64,000 nt of DNA from Octopus bimaculoides (GCF_001194135.2 NC_068983.1:10384457-10448456); one strand, 5' to 3'; shown: positions 52,401 through 63,907, counted from the stretch's first letter. The notes: generated from the sequence alone by a model not told the origin. Numbers and translations: made by a program.

Positions 52401-55400
52401 CTGGACTATTAAATTTAGTTTCTGGATTGTTAAATTTAGTTTCTGGACTATTAAATTTAGTTTCTGGACTGTTAAATTTAGTTTCTGGACTATTAAATTT
52501 AGCTTCTGGACTGTTGAATATAGTTTCTGGATTGTTAAATTTAGTTGCTGGACTATTAGATTTAGTTTCTGGATTGTTAAATTTAGCTTCTGGATTGTTG
52601 AATATAGTTTCTGGATTGTTAAATTTAGTTTCTGGACTATTAGATTTAGTTTCTGGATTGTTAAGTTTAGTTTCTGGACTATTAGATTTAGTTTCTGGAT
52701 TGTTAAATTTAGTTTCTGGATTGTTGAATATAGTTTCTGGATTGTTAAATTTAGTTTCTGGATTGTTAAATTGAGTTTCTGGATTGTTAAATCTAGTTTC
52801 TGGATTGTTAAATTTAGTTTTTAGATCATTAAATTGAGTTTCTGAATTGCTGAATTTAGTTTCTGAGTTATTAACTTTAGTTTCCAAATTGCTGAATTTA
52901 GTTTCTGAATTACTGAATTTAATTTCTGAATTGTTAAATTCAGTTTCTGAATCATTAACTTTAGTTTCTAAATTATTGACTTTAGTCTCTGAATTGTTAA
53001 AGTGAGTTTCTGAATTGTTCAATTTAATGCCTGATTTGTTAAAAAACAAGGAAAGATTTGAAGATTTATCATCTTTAGACAAAGAAAATTCATGAAGAAG
53101 GCTTTTATCATCCAAAATATTTTTAACTGCTGGGTTTTCATCTTTAAAATTTTCAGTATCTAAAGTTTGGGAGTTATTCTGTGAATGATGAGAATTAATG
53201 ATGTGATTTTGGTGATGTGGAGGTGGAGTTAGCTGCAATGTTTCAGAAATAGTTGACCTCAAGTCTGCTGCTGATAAATCTTTTGTTATTGCAGGAATTT
53301 TAGCAGACGGTGGCTCAATCTTAAAATCAACAGTTTCACTGGAATTTTCTTCAATATGGTTTCCTAAAACCTCTTTTGAATTCATTTTGTTATAATCAGA
53401 GTTTTCACCACACATGGTATTAGATTTGTTTCTATCATTGTCATTCTGATTTTTAGCCAAAGATTCTTTATGGAAATTCCTCTTCTTCCTATCTTTAGAC
53501 ATCTTTAAGGTACCTTCAGACAAATCTGAACATTTTCTTTGAGCTGATAAATTTGCATCAATTTCATTTTCTAAAGACATTACACCACAAACTGAAAGTG
53601 TTTCAGTGTTATTATAAGCATCTTCAAGGAATGTAACAGAACCAAACTTTGAATTATCAGCAGTTTGACTAAAATCTTTTGCAATATGGTTTTGCAAAAT
53701 TTTGTTTGAATCTGCTTTGCTGCAATCAGAATTATAGCCACACTTGACATCACATTTATTATCATTATCATTCTGATATTCAACCAAAGATTCACTAGTT
53801 ATATCCTGCTCCTTATTTTCTTTAGATTTCTTTAAGTTTTCATCCAACAAATTTGAACGTTTTCTTGGTACTGGTGGATTTGTATTGATTTTATCATTTA
53901 ACAATGTTTCACCATGACTTGGCGTTGTATCAGTGTAATTATAAGCAACGCTGTGATATGTTACAGAATCAGATGAAGAAACATCTCCAGAATTTATATT
54001 AGCAGAACGTGGCAAAAGTTCTGTGTCATTTATCTGGATAACGTCTGTACGGATTGCTGTGTCTGGAACACTTTCCAACTGTTTAGAATTTTCATCTTCT
54101 AAATCTTTTTTCATGCAACCTTGTTCAGCATTCGCATGACCATTACCACTTTCACTATTTTTATCACAGACAATTGTGGTAGCATTGATACCATTTTCAT
54201 TTGTTTGGTAATGATTAACCTGTAAATGATCCTCTTTCTGAGGAGATTGCAAAAGATGGCAAGAATTATCATTTGGTAGCATCACAGCACCTTGCACTTT
54301 ATTGGTTTCAGTGTCAGCATCAACTCCTTTGAGAAATTCTGTCTCCAACATTTCCGCAAAGTGGTCAACAGAACCATCATCACAACTATTCTGATCTGGA
54401 AGGCTGCAGAATGAATTTTCATCATCCTAAAATATAAATACAAATAAAATAAAATAAAATAAGCATATTAAAATTTTTAAAGTTAATAAAGAATAAAAAA
54501 GAAAAGCCGTTGGTAAACAGATTATAGCAGTGACTCCATCTAAGAATATCTGAAGAAGGAAATGTATTCCGAAATATCATCGGACTATAGATAACTAAAT
54601 TACAACAGGTATATAGTCCATTTTTTGTATTATAGTCCATTGTTGTACCATTCAAAACTTTTTATTCTTTACAAACAATACACAATGCTTCAAGCGAACT
54701 ACAATACTCTTTGTCTTTCATTTGATCTCAGGGCAAAGAAAGCCAAAGCAAATACCATTAGACATTTTATCCACTATTTTAATGACTGCTAACTTACTGC
54801 CTTATTGATGGGCCATGCTTTCGTGGTCTGTATTTGTACAGAAAATCGAGATCGAGTGAGCTTTTGCTTTTTTGCTCGACGTGTGATTTTTGTCCATGCT
54901 GAGCTCACCTTGGGACATCTGCATTATCGTTTGACAGACGTACTGCCCCAGTCAAACTCCCTGACCAAAACTGTTATATCATAACTTAAATTATTATTTT
55001 ATATCACATAACACAATATTATAATAAATTATACACATGTGAAAATATACTACATTAAAACTGAGAATGAATTACAATTTACTATACATAACACTTTATA
55101 TTGCATTGATTTTTAATACTGGCAGCACAAGGCCATGAATCTTAGAGAGGGGTGGTATAATTAATTAAACTTCAGTACCTGACCGGTAATTAATTTATTT
55201 TATTGAACCTGAAAGGATGAAATGCAAAGTCAACCTTGGTGAATTTAGAACATAGGACATAACTAAATAGTGCAAGACTGATTATCCAACATTCTAAAAA
55301 TTCTATGGTGTCATAACCGAAAACATATTGGTTTCAAATTTTGGCACAAGGCCAGCAATTTCGGGGAATGGGTAAGTCAATTACATCAACCCCATACTCA

Positions 55401-56283
55401 AATGTTACTTATTCTATCAATCTACCAATCCTAAAAGGATGAAAGGCAAAGTCAACCTTGGTGGAATTTGAACTCAGAACGTAAAGGCAGACAAAATGCT
55501 GTTAAGCATTTGCCTGGCGTGCTAATGATTCTGCCAGCTCACTACCTTTACATATCAGCAACAAACAGCACACATTTTGATGTACACAAACACTACAACA
55601 TGGCAGTGATCCAGAATGGCTACAACACAGAACCAGTGAAAGAGTACACAAGACTACTTACCTCTTCGTTATGTTCTGATGGGATAGGAGACAACATAAT
55701 TGGTAAAGCCATTTCACTAATTATACGTGCAATCTCGTCATCTTTGGATGGAAGGTTTGGAGGTGGAGAAGTAACAGCTTTAAATAAAGAGAAAATTTCA
55801 AATTAATATAATACTCTGCTCTGCTCACCACCACCATCACAGCCTGCCACATTTTAGCAAAATGAAAAAAAATTCAAGTAAAAATAAACAAACAAAAGTT
55901 ATTTTATACCTGTAAATTTACAAAATGTATATGAATATATTTATATATCATACACACACACACACACGTATGGGTGCGTGTGTGTCATCATCATCATTAT
56001 TTAACATCCGCTTTCCATGCTGGTATGGGTTGGCCAGTTTGACTGAGAACTGGCATATATATGTGTGTGTGTGTGTCTATGTTTGTCCCCCTAGCATTGC
56101 TTGACAACCAATAGTGGTGTGTTTATGTCCCCGTCACTTAGTGGTTCGGCAAAAGAGACCGATAGAATAAGTACTAGGCTTACAAAGAATAAGTCCTGGG
56201 GTCGATTTGCTCGACTAAAGGCGGTGCTCCAGCATGGCCGCAGTCAAATGACTGAAACAAGTAAAAGAGTAAAAGAGAGAGAG

Positions 56284-56320
<37 letters not shown>

Positions 56321-58773
56321 TTCTGCCTATCAAATCCACTCACAAAGCTTTGGTTTGTCTGGGTTTCTAGCAGAAGAACCTTGTCCAGGAGGTCACACAG
56401 TGGGTCTGAACCAGGAAGCATGTGGTTGGGAAGCAGACGTCTTACCTTACAGCCACAGCTACACTAATACATGTGGAGGCGCAATGGCCCAGTGGTTAGG
56501 GCAGTGGACTCGTGGTCAAAGGAGCGCGGTTTCAATTCCCAGACCAGACGTTGTGAGTGTTTATTGAGCGAAAACACCTAAAGCTCCACGAGGCTCCAGC
56601 AGGGGATGGTGGCGAACCCTGCTGTACTCTTTCACCACAACTTTCTCTCACTCTTACTTCCTGTTTCTGTTGTGCCTGTATTTCAAAGGGTCAGCTTTGT
56701 CACACTGTGTCATGCTGAATATCCCCGAGAACTACGTTAAGGGTACACGTGTCTGTGGAGTGCTCAGCCACTTGCACGTTAATTTCACGAGCAGGCTGTT
56801 CCGTTGATAGGATCAACTGGAACCCTCGACGTCGTAAGCGACGGAGTGCCAACAAACAACACTCATACATGTATGATAATGATATAATATATATTCTTAT
56901 TATAATGATTAATAAATACCATTTAATGGAAAGACATAAAAAACAAAAAACAGACGTACATCTGGTGAAATTTATAAGTTGTAATAATATACATACCAGT
57001 GTCTTGAAAGACTAGAGGGGAACTTTTTTTTTGTGCCTGTAAAGAAGAATAAAAAATGTATAAATATTTGTGGATCATACAAACAGTAATCTAAATGGTC
57101 ACCACAGACTGCCCCAGTATGGCCACAGTCAAATGGCTGCAACAGTAAATACATTAATACAGATAGTCACATCCAACAATAACTACAGTCCAATAACTGC
57201 AGTAATATATAAATAGAAGACATGTAGTGCCCATGGTTATAGCACCACAATTGTAGCTATAAATGAAGCTGTAGTGCACCAGCATGGCCACAATGCAATA
57301 ACTTTAATACTAAGTGAATTAGTATAATGCTCATACCAAAAAGCTATTTCAACTCATATTCAAAGTTATATACTCTTGTCCAATTTATAAAGTACCGTCC
57401 TCTTAACTTATGGCTAGATAGGAAATTGGTAGAGAAAGGAAAGGCTGAGAATTTTTATAAAAAAGTCATCTTCCCACACAGTTCAGAGCGATTCTCTGAA
57501 GAAACCTTCCTCTTCAGATTGCATTAAGTTTTTGAAACCTCTTCTTTATAACCTTCATCACATATTGTTGTTCTAAACAGGAGCCAGGGACTCTTCTACA
57601 AATATGCAAGACATTTAAAACACAAACATCAACAAAAGATGCTACTTTAGTCATTGACTCACATGCATAAACTGTTTCTTCTTCTCTCTATCTCTTCTAT
57701 CACTATTACAGTGGCCTGTATTTCTCTTAGAGTGTTGGACAAAATACCTGGTGGTATTAGTTCCAGCTCTCGTTGCTCTCTATTGAAACTCTTCCAAGAA
57801 ACTTGCATTTTGTCATCAATAAAATAACCCCCTAACCAAATAATGGGGTCAATGGTCTCAACTAAAGCTGGAATTTAGAGATACCAACCTAAAGAGCAGC
57901 CTTCTAGAATTCCCTCTTTAGTGAGATATTTCCTCAAAACACCAATCAACAAATGGTCACAATTTTCCAAGAGACACCAACCTACAGAATAGCTCTCTAG
58001 AATTCTTTCACAGAACAGATTTTTCTAAAGGCACCAACCTATAGAAAGGTCCTCTGGAATTGCCCCCTTGAAGGCAGCAAAGTGTCTGATGTTTGAGCTG
58101 AATACCAACCACATCAAATGCATCAATTTGGAAGTGGAAACAACCATTGCAAAAAGTCAAGGAGACAGACTATTCCACTCTCATCCTCCTCTTAATATGA
58201 CTAAAGCCATGTCATAAAACAGGTCACAACACAAGCTTTCATATTGCACCACATGCCAGAAGTATTTCAAAATATTTCACTAACACAATTTTCAGTCAGT
58301 TAAAATATTTTCCAGTTCATAAAGCAATAATCCCAGATTCCTCTTGATGTTTGGATGATTTGAGAAACAGTGAAAAGATCTAATATGACACTAAAATGAT
58401 GATAATGATGATGGCAATAATGATAATGAAAATTTAATATCGGTTTTCCATGCTGGCATGAGTAAGACAACTTAAAAGGAGCTGGCAAGCCAGAGAACCA
58501 CCCAGGATCCAGTTGTCTGCATTGACATGGTTTCTGTGGCTGAATGCTCTTCCTAACATCAGGCACTTTACAGAGTGTATTAGGTGCTTCTTATGTGACA
58601 CCAGCAGAGGTGTGCTTATATAAAAAATAAAAATATAAGAAGAAGAAGCAGCAGCAGCAGCAGCAGCAGCAGTAGGAGGAGGATACATACCTTTAGCTTG
58701 TGCATTTCTTTCTGCAGTGAGTTGAATTTTTCTTTCAGTTCTGACAACATTTGTTTATTGCCTTCAAAATTTT
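28576..58773 (-). CDS. ICE1: Little elongation complex subunit 1 (ICE1/KIAA0947)-like; exons 58773-58691, 57036-56997, 55777-55662, 54426-49823, 43013-42659, 41910-41859, 41291-41164, 40382-40245, 39744-39653, 38234-38203, 34272-34147, 33481-33405, 32343-32223, 31195-31022, 29504-29415, 28754-28576; 5' exons not located
   Basis: Sixteen AG/GT exons chain with consistent phases and no stop until TAG at 28578-28576. C-terminal segments resemble the conserved human ICE1 C-terminal domain as recalled: LCRVYIALCRLQGQLSTARIFFYNIL, GIELLSLQENWSWTNSLIRNRIGPLL and VPQQINLCCANVLLKLFPFDPGTVYPTLEIW. The N-terminal exon is coiled-coil-like (LSELKEKFNSLQKEMHKLK) and there is a large low-complexity central exon. 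The small exons at 41859-41910 and 56997-57036 are less certain. Confidence 0.82.
35049..35172. repeat. Near-perfect palindrome (47-bp arms, 1-nt centre, 1 mismatch) followed by a 32-bp direct copy of its core
   Basis: 35057-35095 is the exact reverse complement of 35097-35135; 35141-35172 equals 35070-35101. Confidence 0.92.
35282..36182 (+). mobile_element. RTE-clade LINE fragment (RT catalytic region to C-terminus), joined to a family-B tail
   Basis: GCPWELLYADELALVAES (degenerate YADD), GLRVNVAKTKVL, PHD-like finger, FRYLG, RIRIAWVKFR, LYNACVRTAMLHCSETW. Confidence 0.92.
36383..36681. repeat. Long inverted repeat, 138-bp arms with 1 mismatch, 23-nt AT spacer
   Basis: 36383-36520 versus 36544-36681 compared base by base; single mismatch at 36451/36613. 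Confidence 0.95.
37917..38133. mobile_element. piggyBac-like MITE relic; second copy in opposite orientation ~43322-43545
   Basis: Ends ttatccttcagcatt / aatgctaaagggttaa (TTAA-type termini); the internal sequence is shared between the two copies. Confidence 0.55.
45026..45413 (-). mobile_element. tRNA-derived SINE family D (ggaggcgcaatggcccagtggttagggc head, (CAA)n tail)
   Basis: Closely similar to the copy at 56475-56864; TSD agcatggt at 45018-45025 and 45414-45421. Confidence 0.9.
46480..47150 (-). mobile_element. Penelope-like element relic: GIY-YIG endonuclease C-terminus, tRNA-like segment and hammerhead-like segment
   Basis: Minus strand reads PCGCGRLYKGE...GDVEKSDIANHVWENRDHLLLWDKVKTINREHHWKIRKLKEAAYMLGYNNLLSRPS (stop at 46781-46779). 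Downstream lie TGGCATAGTGG (A-box, ~46742-46732) and CTGATGA-AGGC...GGCC-AAAAC (46582-46550). Confidence 0.75.
47534..47728. mobile_element. Tc1/mariner-type MITE relic
   Basis: Imperfect TIRs agggtggaccaaaagtca / tgacttttggcccacccc, followed by TA. Confidence 0.5.
49823..54426 (-). CDS. ICE1: Giant (~4.6 kb nominal) central exon of the ICE1-like gene, S/N/E/K-rich, predicted disordered
   Basis: Matches the 1510-aa ORF 49819..54351. Acceptor ttttag at 54428-54427; donor tccag|gtaaga at 49822. Phase 2 joins exon 43013-42659. Contains an N gap. Confidence 0.9.
51335..53025 (-). repeat. Coding minisatellite, 21-bp unit (TTTAACAATCCAGAAACTAAA on -), encoding F-N-[N/S]-P-[E/A]-T-[K/I] heptads
   Basis: Directly visible tandem array in frame within the giant exon; interrupted by the N gap at 51826-52147. 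Confidence 0.97.
54805..54961 (-). pseudogene. Decayed 28S rRNA fragment (domain V, starting at the P-loop region) in an ICE1 intron
   Basis: Reverse complement GGGAGTTTGACTGGGGCAGTACGTCTGTCAAACGATAATGCAGATGTCCCAAGGTGAGCTCAGC...GCAAAAGCTCACTCGATCTCGATTTTCTGTACAAATACAGACC is colinear with the conserved eukaryotic LSU sequence GGGAGTTTGACTGGGGCGGTACA.CTGTCAAACGGTAACGCAGGTGTCCTAAGGCGAGCTCAG..., with many substitutions. Confidence 0.88.
56475..56864 (+). mobile_element. tRNA-derived SINE family D
   Basis: 8-bp TSD atacatgt (56467-56474, 56865-56872); homologous to 45026-45413. Confidence 0.9.
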
Positions 58774-59469
58774 CTGTTGAAATAAAAAAAAGAAAGAAAG
58801 AAAAGGATAAAACTAGTTAGCAAGAAATTAACGATACAAATTTCATCAGCGTTTTCTCAATCTTTTATTTGTTTCAGTAATTTAGACTGAGGCTGTGGTG
58901 GAGGACCACTTCGAAGGTTTTCCAGTTGATTGTGTCAACCTCTGAACTTTGTGTTAGGCATTTCATTCCATCAAATGGTTACGATATCTTTTGACATAAA
59001 AGGGCATAAATCACAGGGAATGAATACCACAAGGTATTTTTTTCATTACTGATTTATCAGAAACCACTTGCAAATAAATATGACAAACTTCCACACAGTT
59101 TCCATTATCAAATTTCACTCAGAAGGCACTGGTCAGCTATGTGAATAGTTAACTCACTCAACTACAAGGTTTGTTAAAAGGTGCCACAGTGTGGAACCTT
59201 TTAATAAAGACTTGGAATAATCAGTTCCTTGTGTGTGAAATTTGGTAGACAGAAACTGTCATCATCATCATCATCATCGTTTAACGTCTGCTTTCCATGC
59301 TAGCATAGGTTGGACGATTTGACTGAGGACTGGTGAAACCGGATGGCAATACCAGGCTCCAATCTGATTTGGCAGAGTTTCTACAGCTGGATGCCCTTCC
59401 TAACGCCAACCACTCAGAGAGTATAGATATAAATATATATCTAGTTAAATCAGAGGAGTGAGGTGTTCA

Positions 59470-60300
59470 GGATTGCAAAGCAGTGTATCAGAGGGAACAG
59501 AGATGTGGTAGGTAGAAATGTGTGCGAATGGATAATGGTATGCTTGCACTTAGTGACTCAATGAAAGATGCGTGGAGATGCCATCATGAAAAGTTGTTAA
59601 ATGTGGAGAATGATTGGGATGAGAGTCTTTCAAATATTGAACCAATTGAGGGACCAGCCATGAGTGGATAGCAGTATAATAGATAATTGACAAAATGAAG
59701 ACTGGGAAAGCCCCTGGACTGTTGGGTATCACTGCCAAGATGATTAAAATATCAGGTGGTGTGGGATACAGCCTATTCACTCACAGGTTATTCAGGAAGG
59801 CATCAATCCCAAAGACTGATGTAGCAGTATTATAGTCAGCTGCTACAAGGGTAAAGGTGATGCCTTAGATAGAAACAACTACAGAAGTATCAAACTGCTG
59901 GATCAGATCATAAAAATTACAGAGAGTGTGGTGTCTCAACTAATTAGGGATAGAATTAATCTCGATGAGATGCAGTTTGGTTTTGTTCCTGGGAGAAGTA
60001 CCACAGATGCCATCTTCCTAGTGAGACAGTTGCAAGAAAAGTATTTGGCCAAAAGTAAGCCATTGTACTTAGCCTTCATCGACCTGGAGAAAGCTTTCAA
60101 CAGGGTTCCCCACTTTCTTATTTGGTGGTCTCTAAGGAAACTAAGAGTAGAAGAGTGACTTGTTAGAGTGGTTCAAGCCATGTACAGTAATGCTGTAAGG
60201 TGAGAGTTGGCTTCGAATACAGTGATGAATTTAACATACAAGTTGGATTACACCAGGAATCAGTTCTTAGTCCACTCATTCATCATAGTTCTCCAGGTTA
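59470..60300 (+). mobile_element. RTE LINE fragment (N-terminal RT region)
   Basis: [67 protein letters not shown]; contains stops and frameshifts. Confidence 0.9.
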
Positions 60301-62888
60301 TAACAAATGAAAAAGTATAGCAAAAGCTAGACATGACCTACTATTGTTCAAAGCTACAGAAGATCTCAGAATTTATCAAGAATCCTCCATACAAGAAAAT
60401 TCAGATGAATTTCAATAGCTAGAAAATGCAAAACAATATTCATGGAGAAGGCAAAAAAAAGTTAACTTTTCTACTACATGGTTCTAGTTTCATTCCCAGT
60501 GTGTGACACTTTGAGCAAAGGAATCAAATATGGCAAATGGAAACTGTGTGGAAGCACATCAGAGAAACTGTTCCTGTCTTTGGGTGGTAGATTTAATCTG
60601 TCGCCTGGTTTGACATTACCCCATGCCTTTAACTCTTTTGATACCAACCCGCCCAGGGTTCTATGAAACAAACTCCCTGTTTTAGAATGATCTAAATTAA
60701 AAACTTCAATCAAAATTTCATGCTGATTTCTATTCCAAACACCAGCTTTAAAATGACTAATTTGTTTTACTAAATTCATTGAGACATAGCTGACCTCACG
60801 CACTTCTCATGAGGAATTCTGGAAGGAGCTTCGTGAGACCACTGCTGAGACGCTTCCGAAATAACAAAAAGCTGTTGGAAAACAGATTATAGCAGCGACT
60901 CCATCTAAGAATATCTGAAGAAGGAATTGTATTCTGTAATATCATCGGACTATAGATAACTAAATTACAACAGGTATATAGTCCATTTTTTGTATTATAG
61001 TGCATTGTTGTACCATTCAAAACTTTTTATTATTATTTTCTAAATTAATCGAAATGAAAGCTGTGTTTCAATAGAAATACAGTAACGAGTCAATTCTGCT
61101 GCAGGTATTCGAACCAAGTGTCCCACTTCAGGATAGTTTCCTCTCTTCTTCCCACAAATCTAAGAGTCTCTGAAAAAAGGTTATAAGCATTGTCCTTTCT
61201 CATCTAAGTCATAATTAAAACAAAAAACATGAATTTTTATCTTTCTCTAAGTAAGTTATCAGATTCTTTCTGGAGCCTTGCTGATAGATGAGGTCAAAGA
61301 GATAAGTCTGTAATTTCTGACATCTGTTCAGCCCCTTCCCTGATGTATAAATCTCATTATTCTTACTTTCATTTTAAGAGAACTGACTCCAGACAAGAAA
61401 AATATTTGCAGGGTGTGTGGGGAAGAAAAAGCCTCTCAAATTATATACAGCAGACTCAAATTTCAAATATACTTTTGTACATTTTGAGAGAAAACAGCTT
61501 TAAATTTCCCTCTTATTCTTTTACAATAACAAGATAAAAAAAAAAGCATGATTAGAGGAGGAGGTAATAGTGTGTTGGTGGTGGTGGTGGTNNNNNNNNN
61601 NNNNNNNNNNNNNNNNNNNNNNNNNNNNNNNNNNNNNNNNNNNNNNNNNNNNNNNNNNNNNNNNNNNNNNNNNNNNNNNNNNNNNNNNNNNNNNNNNNNN
61701 NNNNNNNNNNNNNNNNNNNNNNNNNNNNNNNNNNNNNNNNNNNNNNNNNNNNNNNNNNNNNNNNNNNNNNNNNNNNNNNNNNNNNNNNNNNNNNNNNNNN
61801 NNNNNNGGTGAGGTAAGGGGTGAATAAAAAAAAAAGAAGTATATGAATGTCTGAGTATGTATTGACAATTTGTTAAATTAAGGAAATGTGAACTTATAAA
61901 CCATCAATATTATTGTTACAGCATCATTTTTTCATTCTGGTAGGGATTTGATAAGACTGTGCAGTACAGCAAATACCCCATTCAGTTTGATTTTTAAGTC
62001 ACCATGACTAAAGTATCACTATGAAACACTTTCAATGTCAGTAAACAGCATTTCTTTCAAGCAGTAATCCTCTTCTGTTCACAGTTCATGGTCACAGAAG
62101 AGCAATCACCTCTATTGATAAATTTAATACTAGAAAATCTCACAGTTCACTTATACTCTGTCTGTCATGCAGTTTAGCATGACACATGCAGCATATTCAA
62201 TTTTTTCCAGCTATTACAGAACTCCCACAATTAAAATCCCATGTCCCTATGCCATTACAGAACTTCTACAATCAATACCCCATACTTCTCCAATCATTAT
62301 AAAACTTCCAAAATCATCTGTGTGGAATCAATAAAGATCAGTCAAGGACCAGGGTCAACTTAATTGATTAATTCACCCAAAAGTTTCTGGCTTTGTACCT
62401 CAGCACTAACTTGATGTGTCAGTGACCAGCCCAGGCTCCATTGCTCATCAGGCAGAGAAAAAAAAACAAAAAAACTGTCATATAGGCACGGGAATGGCTG
62501 TGTGATAAGTAGCTTGCTTACCAACCACATGGTTTTGGGTTCAGTCCCACTGCATGGCACCTTGGGCAAGTGTCTTCTACTATAGCCTCGGGCCAACCAA
62601 AGCCTTGTGAGTGGATTTGGTAGATGGAAACTGAAAGAAGCCCGTCATATATATATATATGTATGTGTGTGTATATGTTTGTGTGTCATTGTTTGTCCCC
62701 CCAACATCACTTGACAACCGACGCTGGTGTGTTTACGTCCCCGTAACTTAGCGGTTCGGCAAAAGACACCGATAGAATAAATACTAGGCTTCCAAAGAAT
62801 AAGTCCTGGGGTCGATTTGCTCGACTAAAGGCGGTGCTCCAGCATGGCCGCAGTCAAATGACTGAAACAAGTAAAAGAGTAAAGAGCA

Positions 62889-63110
62889 AGGTATCAGTCA
62901 CTCTCTGACAGGTTTATGGTTGAGCTTGTGGCAATTGAGACCTCCAGCATTCTTGGTTCCTGGATCACATCCCTGTTAACCGCTATCAGGGCAGAGATTG
63001 TTGTCCACAAGTGCAAGCCCAAGTCAGAGTAGCTGTTCCAGTGCATCTGCCACGCTGTCGTCTGGGGCAACACCTTTTCCATTTTGTCTGCTGGTGCCAT
63101 GAGAAATGTT
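62889..63110 (+). mobile_element. Second CRE-like RLE retrotransposon C-terminal relic
   Basis: RYQSLSDRFMVELVAIETSSILGSWITSLLTAIRAEIV....PKSE*LFQCICHAVVWGNTFSIL resembles KY..L...F.PVAIET.G..G.....LFQR.S.A.QRGN. Confidence 0.65.
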
Positions 63111-63899
63111 TCTATACTGTGAGAGGCAAGGTTCTCCATATTTGAATTACTAAGTACAGATTATTAAAGGTAGTGCATTAGTAGAATTGTTGGAGTGTCA
63201 AACAAAATGCCTTACAGTATTTGTTTCGCTGTTTATATGTTCCTGAGTTCAAATCCTATGGGGATTAACTTTGTCTTTTTATCTTTCCAGGGTTGATGAA
63301 AATAGAGTACTAATCATGTACTGGATTCAGGTTAAGCAACTAAACCTTCTCCCTAAATGTGTGCCCTTTCACCAACAATGATAAGATTTCCCTTAATTCA
63401 AAAATAAAAGTTGTCTTGGTGCTGTATCAGGTAACATAAACCTGGACCCATTGTGTCTGAATGAAGATAGAATAGTCAATGTTGGAACATTTTTGATCAT
63501 ACATCTTCACAATTAAGATATACCTAGGGTTAAACAACAAAACAGAACTATTTTTATTCAATAAATGTGAAAATAGATACCTTTCACCTATCACTCCCCA
63601 ATTAATTATGCCCTGTACTAACTAGCTATTTATAGCCTTAGAAAACAAACATTTTCTTCTATCTTTTCATGTGCATTCATCTTACCTGACACCCACCTGA
63701 CATCTATTTTCTCATAGACCAGCTCAAAACATTAATTAGCATTTGGGTTTTTTAATTAATTTTTAAAAATAATATTGCAGTAAATTTGAAATCAGTTTGT
63801 GAGCATGTCTGATTTTTTTTCAGTTTGTTTATATATGTATGTGTGTATAAGACTGGGTGTAATTATGCATGTACACACAAGCACATACAATACAGAGAT

Positions 63900-63907
63900 A
63901 TGTATAC

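Noticed and set aside
51380-52774. 464-aa plus-strand ORF of LLNLVSG repeats
   Set aside because: It is the antisense shadow of the ICE1 21-bp array. The unit happens to lack stops in that frame, and there is no unique sequence or splice context.
51335-53025. CRISPR-like or ice-nucleation-type repeat
   Set aside because: The units are contiguous with no spacers and lie in a eukaryotic exon. The gene name ICE1 has nothing to do with ice binding.
54805-54961. Functional rDNA unit
   Set aside because: Only ~157 bp, heavily substituted, and with no flanking rDNA.
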